A DNA stretch of 64,000 bases, from contig CM119265.1 in assembly GCA_051294375.1 (NCBI GenBank), positions 6,767,489 to 6,831,488 of the forward strand, written 5' to 3'. Origin of the DNA: Paraspadella gotoi. Lineage: Eukaryota; Animalia; Chaetognatha. Below the pieces are notes generated by a model. It searched no databases, was not told where the DNA came from, and was given only the letters and a program-made list of their open reading frames with translations. The translations under genes and the position numbers were made by a program. This document shows positions 1-12,000 of this stretch, one piece after another. Every line of letters begins with the position of its first letter. The first letter of the stretch is position 1.

Positions 1-3000
1 TCTTGGGGCTCCACCATCAAGCCTCGCTGGAACTATGCCTCCTACGGCACGTGGTAAGAACATTATTAGGCCTGGTGTTTTGAAAAAAAGGTGGCCAAAA
101 ACCCCTTTCTTTTACTTTGTTAAATAGTTTTTTTTTGGATACTAGGTAGAATAAAACCTATAGGCCTCTTCAACTCTAAATATTTTTTGTATCTGAGAAG
201 CTGTTTCATATTTAAAAAAATGTAGCCAATTCTGATTTGAATTAGGGTGTTAGGTGCAAAAGTAAAACTTCGTAAAAATTTTGTTTTACCTCACCTCAGT
301 ATTTTTAATCAAATATTATTAAAAGATAGCTCATTTTAGTAAGATAAAGCTAATATTTCAAAATTACATGTTTATAATGTTTAACAGGCCCTATGGTTGC
401 TCCTCAAAATCCGATGATGCCCCCACCAATGGCTAATCATTATGCTGGCATACAAAATTTTCAAAACGCAAGCTTATCTCATATGCCGCTCCCGCCAAAC
501 GTTGGAACACCACAAATGTCACATATGCCTCCAATATCTAATCATTCTGGAGTGGCGCCTAATTCTGGCATGTCCCAAATGCCTCATCACTATGGAGAAA
601 TATCGCCGTTGACGGGGGTTTCACCTGTCTCGACCCATACAAATTTAGGAATGGTAGCCAATTCAAACCCACATATGCCGCCCATGCCTCATTATTCGAA
701 TTCGGGTCCAGGCATGCCACCCCTAATATCTCTGCCAGTATCATCTGGCATGCCGGGAGTACCTTCGAGAGCTTCTCCAATGGCAACCACGGGCATAGCT
801 CCGAATGCTGGAATGCCGCCATTGCCATTTCAGGCAGGATCAAACATGCCTCCCATGCCGCCAGTTAGCAATCACTATGGAAGTATTCCTTCTTCGGCCC
901 CGGGAATTCCTGCAGCTTCAAGTCCGGCGGTTAGTACAAAAATATTTCTGTATTAGATTTATTATTCTTTTATATTATTTTAAATTGTTTTTTAGCCAGC
1001 GCCACAACAGTCAAAAAAATTGGATCCCGATCATATGCCGAGTCCTATTCAAGTTATTGAAGATGATAAAAGTGAGTGACTTTTCTGTGAAGCCATATTT
1101 GCTCTTACTCAATTTATTTGTTTGTTTAAGGTAAATCCAGCGGTCCGTGGGCTACGGGTCAACGTGGAACCGTTCCGCCTTTGGTCACCACAAATTTCGT
1201 TGCTGTCGATCAGGGAAACTGCAGTCCACGTTTCATTAGGTTCGATATTTTACGATACAAATAGCAAAAAAAGCAAATTTTAGAAAATAAACCTTTGAAT
1301 TTTAGGTCGACAATGTATAACATTCCTAGTCAGCCGGATCTGATTAAACAGTGCCACATCCCGATTGCGTTGTCCGTCTCACCTTTCGCTCGTCCCCATC
1401 CAGATGAAGTTCCCCCGCCATTGATCGATTTAGGTAGTCCAAGTTAATGTCGATAACACGGTGCTGCAGATTCAGACTTAAATGGGGTTTCTCGTTTTCA
1501 TATTTTTTTTTCTTTTATTCTTTCTCTTGGGCGACAAATCATTATCACTTTTCAAGATTTTTATTGTCGCGATCAATAAATTAATTACATTATAAATCGC
1601 CTTTTTATAAAAGTGTGTAATTGTATGAAGCTAAAATTTAGATATATTATATAATTAAATTAATTAATTAATAACTAAATTAATTAATTAATAATTAAAT
1701 TAATTAAAAATTAAATTAATTAATAATTAAATAATTAATAATTAAATTAATTAATAATTAAATAATTAATAATTAAATTATTAATAATTAAATTAATTAA
1801 TAATTAAATTAATTAATAATTAAATTAATTAATAATTAAATTAATTAATAATTAAATTAATTAATAATTAAATTAATTAATAATTAAATTAATTAATAAT
1901 TAAATTAATTAATAATTATATATATATTCTCATCATCAAGGTTCTTCATAATCGATAATTTTTAGTGATCCTTATAATTTTGTATTATTTATTAGTTAAA
2001 CGAGTTTAAATATTTTTATATCAAAATCCCGTTCGGAATCATTCCAGAATCTTCTTCCTCTTCTGGAATCTTCTTCCTTCATCTTTTCCTCTGTTTCCGG
2101 GTTTCATTCATCTGTGATGATATTATGATAATCCTTTCATTTCGTTGTGTTTAGTGATTAGCGAAAACGAAGTTTGAATTGTTCAACATCAATTTTTATT
2201 ATTAAAAACGGACCTGTTTCGACTCGCATTCGAGTCTTCATCAGCGTTTTTTAGGTTTTGACAGAAAAGTGAAATTTTTGTGCAAAAGTAAAAAAAAAAG
2301 AGAGAGAGAGACAGAGACAGAATTAAAATTTTCCAACAAAGTGGTGAGACAGAATAGTGGTCAGAGGTGAGGACAGGTTGAAGGTAAGGACAGATTGAGT
2401 GAGTTTTTGAAAAGAAGTGAAAATGGTCAAACAGAGAGAAGGAGAGAGAGAGAGTTAATATGATACATTTGTGCAATGTACAACAAAGATAGAAGATTTT
2501 AAAGCTGAATAATATTAGTGAAATTAACAATTACTTTTGCACAAAAATTTCACTATTATGTCAAAACCTAAAAAACGCTGATGAAGACTCGAATGTGATT
2601 CGAAACATGTCTGTTTTTAATAATAAAAATCGTTGTTGAACAATTCAAAATCGATAATTATTTGATAATGATTCTAATATTTTTGTAATATTTATGAAAT
2701 ACAAATTACTACGCAGATCTTTCTTTATAATTATATGTCGCTCTTTCTCTCTTTTTCTCTCTGCCTCTCTGATACGTCCAAAAACGAGTTGAGCTCTCTC
2801 TCCCTGTCTCATTCTCCCTGAGTTGAGCTCTTTTTTTCACTGAGTTTCGCTCTCTTTCTCTAAAAATTTAGATATAGCTCAAGATCACATGATCCATGAT
2901 TCATATTGCTACACGCATTTGTTTGTTTTATTTACAAAACAATTTTTATATAAAAACTACTACGAATTACAATTACGTTTTAATTACATGTCGCTCTCTC

Positions 3001-6000
3001 TCTGTCTCTTTTAAATATATGTCGCTCTCTCTTTTTTCTTCCGTCGTTGCCTCTTCTGATTCGTCCAAAAACGAGTTCAGCTCTGCAGCGGCTGTCCAGC
3101 GGTTGTCCAGCTTCTTTCTTATGCAGATTTCGGCTCTATAATTCACTTTGTCGGTCCGCCCCCCCAATCTTGCCGGGCATTCACTTATATCATGTCAGAA
3201 CCTCGAATTATGATAAATTATGCAAAAAAAGTGATGTCCGTCAGTTCGTCCCACCTTAGCAAAAACACTCGTGATTTGATGGATGGATGAAATTAAATTT
3301 TGTGTGTGGGTAGAAAAGTGTGTGATTAAGCTGGAAATCAAGTTTCGATGGAATCGTCCGAGTGGAAATGAGTTAAAATGCAAAAAACAAAAATATATAT
3401 TTCACTATTACTCATGAGTGAATGGGGCGATTGACTTCAAATTTTGTATGTGGGTAGGAAAGTGTGTGATTGAGCAGGGAATAAAGTTTTGATGGAATTG
3501 TCATTATATGATAATCCTTTCTTTTCGTTGTAGATGGAATTGTCGAAGTGGAAATGAGTTCAAATGGAAAAAATTATCTATTTCACTATTTTATTATGCT
3601 TTTTTTATTTTTATATTAAATGTAAATTTAAGCTGCATTAATTAATTATTACTAAAGTAATTAATTAATTATTTGTAATTAATTAATTTTGTGATCGAGA
3701 TTGTTGTTTTGTGATTGAGAGGCGAGACAAAGTGGAAAACGATTTTGACACGGATAAAAAAAATTAAATTAATTAATTATCTGATCAGCTGCTTACCGCT
3801 AATGATCGTGGGCAGATTCGGCATTGTTTGCTCAAACTTTTTATTAATGTTGGTTGTATGCGGAGGTCATTTTGATTATGCTGGCATGGATTTCATTGCA
3901 GTCAGCTCTTTCTTTGGAAAGAATTTTACATTAATCATCTTGTTTCACGATCATTTCTAGGAGATTTGGGTCCAGTTCGTTGCAAGCGTTGTAAGGCTTA
4001 TATGTGCCCGTATATGCAGTTCATCGATGGAGGCCGGCGTTTTGTATGCAATTTTTGCGACGCTGCTACTGATGTTCCCGAAACTTACTTCGCACATTTG
4101 GACCATACTGGCTATCGCGTCGACGTGAACCAAAGACCCGAGGTAGTAAAAGTTAAAATAAATATTGATTTAAAACCTCGAGCCTAAAAAATTTGTTTTT
4201 ATTTTTTTCAGCTATGTTTGGGCAGTTACGAATTTATAGCGCCAAAAGATTACTGCAAGAACGGAATAATGCCGAAACCTCCTGGATACATATTTATGAT
4301 AGACGTTTCTTATAATAGTGTAAGCTGCAGTATGAATTGGACGATATTAATTTTTGTGTAAATGTGAAAGTTCTGGGACACTTACCTTAATAATGTTTAT
4401 CTCAATGAGTTAAAGCATTGACACACGTATGAAAATAAGTTTTCCGTAAAAGTAAAAGACGCATTATAAGAAGATTATATGCATTTTTAACGTAAGTGGG
4501 ACAGACAGACATACCGACCGACCGACCGACAGATCAATTTTACTTAGTAAATAGTCGGTTATATAATCGAAATTGACACACATAAAACGTTAATGACTTT
4601 TCTAACTAATAAAACAATCAGATTGAATGTATCTAAATACATAAAGGAATGGGAGCGATTTTATGATTGCCGACCGGGTTTAGGGGGGTTTAGGGTTAAG
4701 GGTGGTTTAGGGGTGGTTAGGGCAAAGAGGGTTAGGGTAATTAGTAGTGATGTGAAAATGATAAATTTTTAAAAAATTAAGATTTAGCATATAAAACATG
4801 AAAATAAAAACCTATAAAAATACTTTGGTAAATTTATTTTTTGATTTTATACATTAGTGGGCACCAGTGAGCTATATTTATATATAATAATAGGTATTAA
4901 GGCGGAACAAAGTAAAAACTAAGAGTTCTGTCATATAAATAACGTTAAAGCATCCCGGGATAACGAAATTTTAAAAAAATTAAGATTTTATGTATAGTTA
5001 ATTTTATATTTCAAATTCAGAATTTTTAAAAACGGATTCGGGTAGAGCTTAAAAAAATAAATAAAAAATATTATTACAAGAATTCCAAATTTTTATGTTT
5101 TATTGGTTAAAATTAGTAAAAACTATAAAAATTATGGTATGATGATGAGGATTTTTAAGGGTTTTTCCCTTATTTGACCCACTTATCATCGAAATATTGA
5201 AAAACGAATTATACTTTGTGTAGACAACTTCTTATGGGCTATCTGAATCCGTTCTTAAAAAATAAAATTTTTACAAAAATATTTTTTCATTGCCTATGCA
5301 TTTATAAATATTTAAATACTTCAATGTTATACTGTGCTTCACTAGATATAAAAGTGATAGTAAATATGATTAAGTATATGATGGACAAATGAATTTTATA
5401 TGACAGAACTTCTAATGATAAAAAGGGATAAAATTTAACCCGCCATAATAAGTATATAATTGGCTCAAATTTCAAATTATAAATTTTTAAATTTGAAGAT
5501 CGGATTTGTATTTCTTTGCAAAAAGTTGATATAAGAAAGTAAAATTCTTTTTTAAAAATTCTTTCATTTAGTTGGTTAAAAATGTAAAAAACTATATTTA
5601 AGATGCCGATTTTCAATTTCCAGCTTAAAAATATAGTTTTTTATAATTTTAACCTATTTAATGACATAATTTTTAAAAAAGATTTATATTTTCTTTTATC
5701 AACTTTAAACGAGGAATCTGAATCTGTTCTCAGAATTTAAAAAAAAATATTTTAACTGTGCTATATATTTGTAAAAAAATTAAAATAATTACAGATTAAT
5801 ATTCACTAATATAGCATAGCAGGGACCTGCTATGTCATTATCTTGTAAGAGTGATGGAGACCTTAAACCACCAAAGCCTGTCCAAAGTCAGGGGCAAGAT
5901 AGCTTATTTATTAAATGAATGGATAATTTTTATATTGGTTGTACCAATTTCATAATAGTTTTCAAGATATTACTGCTAAATTTTGATACCAAACTTTCAC

Positions 6001-9000
6001 TTCACCCAAGTAATTAGGTAATAATTTTTTTTTTTTAATAAATATTTTAAATAGTTTTTCAAAACGAGCAGTTAATTGTGATGAATTCTAAAAAAGTATT
6101 TGATTTAGAACTTTTTTTTCTAAACCAAGGTTCGCAATGGGTTTGTGTATTTGATATGTCAGCATTTGAAAGAACGTATTTTGCCAAATCTTCCTGTTGA
6201 ACGTGGAGAACAAGATTCGGACATACGCGTCGGCTTTGTCACCTACGACAAAGCCGTGCATTTTTATAATATAAAGGTACTTCAAATATTTATCTTCAAT
6301 TAAAGTTACAACACGAGATTTGACATCACGATTGCATATTTTCTTACAGGAAACTCTTGCGCAACCTCAGATGATGGTGGTTCCAGATGTGGAGGAAATG
6401 TTCATGCCTCTTCTCGATGGTTTTTTTGTCAAACCATTGGAGGCCGAAGAAGTACTTGACAACCTGCTGCTGCAAGTAAGATGAATTTTATTAAAAATTA
6501 TACATAAATATTCGATATTCTGTAATAATCAATTACTACGTAATTGTTTGTCCCCGACAGATTCCCGAAATGTTCGGTCAAACTCGAGAAACGGAGATAG
6601 TGCTCGGTCCAATCATTCAAGCAGGTAAACCTACGCTCATGCAAAAAAAAACGCGCCACTTTATAACATTAGATTTCAGACGCATTATTAGAATATTTTG
6701 TAAAAATATATAAAATAGTGATTTAAGAGATATGATTTTTTAAACTTAATTATTTTAGAACAAGAAGGGAAAATTAAACTTTATTTAAAAGTTTTAAAAT
6801 CATTAACTTATTATTTATTTTATTTTTAAATAATTTAAAGATTTTTTTTTAGAATTGGGTAAATCTAGTTGTCCAGCTATCTTACTTGATATCCAATATA
6901 TTTTTTTAAAATTTCTTATTTATTATAAAAATATATTTAGAGAAGTTTGAAATGGATTCAACAACGATTTATTTGAAACAATAATATTAACGGACATGTT
7001 TCGGCTCTTGTTCAAGCCTTCATCATAATGTCTTATAAAAGTATAAAATATATTTTAAAAAATTAGTTTTAAATAAACGGCTCAATTTTTTTTAAATTAG
7101 TTATAAATTCTTTTTTTTAAATTCTTTTTAATTTATTTATTTATTTTTTTTAAATTTGTTATAAATTGGCGCGTTTTTTTTTTACACATTTTTATCCGCG
7201 GAAAATGATCAGTCTTCAAAAAGATGTCATTCTGTTCGTATAGCTATACAAAAGTCATTTTAGTACATTTTTTTTAATATCTCGCCTTTCCCACAAGCGT
7301 TAGTGTCACAGGTGACAAAATAACTTAGTTTCAGCAATTTCTGAGGTTTTTCAGAACTTTTTTTAAAAATAATGATGAAATTTGTATTATCTGTTATACT
7401 TAAATGTTACCTGATATATTTAATCGAAATTTAAACAACCTCAAACCTTTGAGAATTTTTAATAATATATTAAAACCGGAAGTTACGTGATTGGCATGAA
7501 CTTTTTCTTAAAAACAAAAAAAATTAGATCACAGATTCAAATACTTTTACTTTGCTACAAAGAAAAAGTTTGAAAAAGTAAAATAATGGATTTCATAACA
7601 AAAGTTTTATGATGACATTAGGAAATTAGTAAACAAAGGCCAGAAATCTTTCGCGGCGACAATAATATCTCGTAAGAGAAAAAAAGATTGTCGGTTGATA
7701 GTCATGCCCGATCAGCAGCGCAGATGGCTGACCGTATCCACTCTCGCTGCTGTGATTAAAATAGTTATCAGCATTTTTTTATTTTTAGCGTCCGGCATGA
7801 CCCATTCTGAATTGTTATCGTCGTCAGATTTTAGTGATGAAATCTCTGGATCTTTTGACATCTGAGGTTACGGCTCAGTTGTCTTCCTGTAATCATAAAA
7901 GATGGATATTTAATTATGAAAAAGCTTTTTTTAAAAATATTTTACAATACTTTAAAATTTAAGATGTTTTTAAAATCAAATCCAGTCTAACCGTTCTGAT
8001 CAAATTTTTTTTCTCGACGAGCCTCGATGGTCAAATCGTACTTGATCCCAGTCGCGCGCTCCGAATTTTATAAATTGAGACGAAGTCATTAAACAACTTC
8101 GTCTTCGTCCCGTGCATTCTGCCTTTTTTTCATCTTTTGCGATGACTTTGTGTAGGAGAGAAAAATCGTGCGACTCATCGAGAACTCTCGTGGATCCATT
8201 AAAGACTCTTTTGAACTCATTAAAGAATCATATCAATAAACGTTTCCGTTCCCATTATTATTAGTAATATTGATTGTTGGTTTTATTCGTTTCTATTTCA
8301 GGCCTTTGAGAGCACCGTTATTTGCCATTAAGCTGGTGTAAGAATGTTATTTGACCGGCCCTGCCGTCGCCTTGTGTGCCTCTCTCTCATTACAGATCCA
8401 CATGTTAAGGCTGCCTTCCGTGGTCGACCCGGCCGCTCGCACAGAACTCCTTTCGTGGCTGGCCCTGTGGGCAATCTCGCCTCACCGCAGAATCCACCCT
8501 CCAACATTTGAGCGCATTCTCTGTGGTCACATCAAAATAAGAGTTGCGCGTTATGATACATGAAGCCAACTATATAAAAGAGAACTTAATTTATTAATAT
8601 AATATATTTTTTCTTGTACGAATCTCGTTCAGCCCTGGACTTGTCGCAAAGAGACGAGAGATCTTCACGTAAATCAAGGATTCGCTTACTGACTTCTTGC
8701 GTCTCCGAGTTCCCACAATTCAATCGTTTGTCGGTTGACTCAGAAAAACGGGAAAGAAGCGCTAAAGAACGTCTCTGCCTTTTGGAGGTTCACACGGCAG
8801 ATCTGAAAATGTTCCAGCCGCTTTGTAATTCCAAAATATATTTATAGGAAAAAAACCTTAAAAAACAATTGAATCATTAGATGTAAATATTTAAATTAAC
8901 AATACTACAATATTATCGAGCTTTCTTTTTTTGAGGGTGCGGCAACAAGTTTCAGAGTAAGAATGATTTATTCTTCAACAACGTTATAAACAATAACAGT

Positions 9001-12000
9001 CAAAATGCTCAGATGCTCAGTCTATTACAATGGTATTTACAAAGGTCAACGTTTGACCATAAATAAGTTGGGGGAATTGAGCGAGTTAAGGTTGGTAAGG
9101 TCATGTGGTTTGACCGAGGTTGCGTGTTCTAGATGTTCGTCCACAGTGCAAACTTTTTAAGCTAAATTTTTTATAAAAATACCATGATGGAAAAAAAAAT
9201 TATTGCGGTTACTTTCCAGCTATTTTTCGGCATTTTAATGTGAGAATCTAAAATTAAAATTTATTTTAATTTTAGATTTAAATTTAAATTTATTTTATTT
9301 GTGATTCATATGAGCAGTGACTCATTTGTGTACGACAAAAAATACAAGAGTTCCACGCAAAAGAAAATGAGTTGTCCAAAAAAATGCTTCCATTTATCTT
9401 TTTCATGTCTACACTTTTTATTTATACTATTACTAATTTCCTGTTCTTTTTTTTTTTTATTACTTTTTGAGTTAAATCGTTACTATTAAAAATCAGTGCC
9501 TTTTTTCAGTCTCATGTCAAATAGTTATTGCATCATCTTTATTAGAATAGATTTAGGGATGAATCTTAATTCATATATCAAAAAAATAATGGCATTAAAA
9601 ATAAATTAATGCTGTAGATGCTCCAGAATAGTTTTTTATATTGTCAAGTATCAATAAATGTTATAATGCTCTTTTTATGAGCAAAGTTATAATTTTTATT
9701 TACCTCTGGACAAAATATCAAACTAGTTTAAAAAAAAGAAAAATCAAGATTTTGTTGAAATGAAAGATAATGCATCATCATATTATGCAACAATAACTTA
9801 AGCCTGGTTTATTTTATTGGGGATCAATCTTTTTCACTGCTTGCCAAGGACCCTTTTTCCTTAAATCTGATAAAAAATATTATGCCAAAGATATAATATT
9901 AACAGTTGGAGAGAACCTTTTTTGGAAGTATTTGATTATATTAAATAATTTTATGTTGTTATGTTTATGTTTTTATTCCGTCCTAGGGATGTCATATTAC
10001 ATATTAAAATATATTTACTGGTTAAAAAATATACTTGACAATGAAATTAACCGACTTTTCCAAACCGCGATAATTTTTTTTCCATCATGGTAAAACTGTT
10101 TTTGAGAGTTATTTCCGGTCTGTAAAATTTTTTTCGGTTTAAAGATCATGATAGTGATACAATGCAAATAAAAATCTTATTAATATTTTTATAGGAATAA
10201 ATCTAATAAATCATGACACATCATTAGAAAATTATTTGAAGTTAGCTATAATCACAAGAAAATAAGGAAAATTTTCAAAAATCGATAATGTTGACGCTCG
10301 TTGCTCTTTGACGCCCCTGGGAGAGGGGAGATGTATTGAAAAAAATCTTCCCAAGGTTTTTTTTTCATAAACGTTTAAATACGAACAGAATGACACCTTT
10401 TTGAAGACTCTATGATCATTTTCAGCGGAATAAAATGAGTCTAGTAATGGATAATCTTTGAAATGAATATTATAGGTTTGGAAGCCTTGAAGGCAGACGG
10501 TCGACCCGGAAAGCTTTTCGTCTTTCACTCTAGCCTACCCTTGCACGAAGCCCCCGGTAGACTTAAGAACCGAGACGATCGAAAGTTGCTCGGAACGGAA
10601 AAGGAAAAAATTATTCTCTCGCCCCAAACCGACTTTTACAAAAAGCTGGGAGAGCAGTGCGTCGCTCACGTGAGTCGGAATGAAGAACTTATTCCGCGGG
10701 CAGATAACCAAGATTCCGCGTAGGAGATCAGGAATTAAAATTGAATAAAAATTAAATTCCAATGTCGTCATTGCGATTATCTTCTATTAAAAACCTGAAC
10801 CCTCTTGCCGATAGGCCGAGAGAATTTTGAAAATTCGTACTTCCTCTCTTTTAAGGGGTGCTGCGTGGACCTTTTTCTCACCCCCAATGCCTACGTCGAT
10901 GTAGCTACTGTCGGAGATGTTTGTAAATACACAGGTGGATCACTCTTCCGCTACAACTACTTTCAAGCCGAGGTTGATGGCGAGCGGCTTTTGGAGGATC
11001 TCGCTTTCGAGGTTAGCCGACGGATATTTTTTTTCTTACAGATCCATAGTCATTAATTATTTATTATGTAGTTTATATAACGATTTTTATTGAGAAACAA
11101 AAAAAGGACTTGGTAGTAACTAGTAAGTCTTCATCAGCGCAAAAGAACAGAATTGTGAGAGGTTCCCTGCTGGACCCTAGCATTTCCTCCTAGTGAGAGA
11201 GATAGAGGGGGGATAATGCTTCCAACAAAGAATTGAGGGCAGGATAAGTTAAGGAGAGATAAACCGAGGGAGACTGAAAAGAAATGAAATTTGGTCATAA
11301 TGGTGAGACCAATGAAAACATTTAGCGATGTAAAGAAGCCAATAACAATAGTAAACTGAAAATTAACAAAATTAAAATTAGTTAAATTAGTAAAATGAAA
11401 TTGTAAAAATAAAGATTAAGAGATGGAAAAGAGAAGTTAGTGAAAAATAAGAAAAGAGCTCAAAATAGAGCTGTGCGCTCCACCCCCAGGGTAGTGGCGA
11501 TGTGGCCCGGTCATTGGCATGTCATAGGTCATCTGAACTATGAGTTGCCAGGGAGATTGAGGAGGAACTGCTAGGGTCATGCAGGGATCCTCTCGGGAAT
11601 ATGCCTAAGTCTACTCTCTCTAAAATTTACACTCTGTGAAAATCCATTTCACAATTTTGTTATTTTGCGCTGAGGAAGATTTACAGATAAGTCGAAACAT
11701 GTCCGTTATGTCCGTTTTTTGTTTCAAAATAAAAATCGTTTGTACGTAATCAAAACCTTTCTTGCCTAAAACTATTCTCGAAAAGCAACGAATCAAAAGA
11801 AATAATACGATAATTATATCAAATTGGTACAACCAATATAAAAATTATCCATTCATTTAATAAATAAGCTATTGTGGAGGTATATTCACACCTCCTTACG
11901 TCCATCATCGTTCAGCCAATTCCATTGGCTCAGAGGGGTACCACCATCCCAGGCATTGTGTTCCAACCACAGTCCTAACGACTTCCCTATGCGTTGGAAA

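Larger units (their letters stand above)
2125..2649 (-). mobile_element. Penelope-like element remnant with inverted pseudo-LTR
   Basis: ~115-bp inverted repeat (about 2173-2291 versus 2531-2649), each arm with a hammerhead core. The minus copy extends into a CAACGAAA(T/A)GAAAGGA tail that also occurs at ~3515-3530, ~17345 and ~25303. Confidence 0.75.

Noticed and set aside
8351-8847. Plus-strand ORFs 8351-8563 and 8614-8847 as SEC24 exons or genes
   Set aside because: SEC24 is complete and in phase without them. They have TTG starts and no family motifs.
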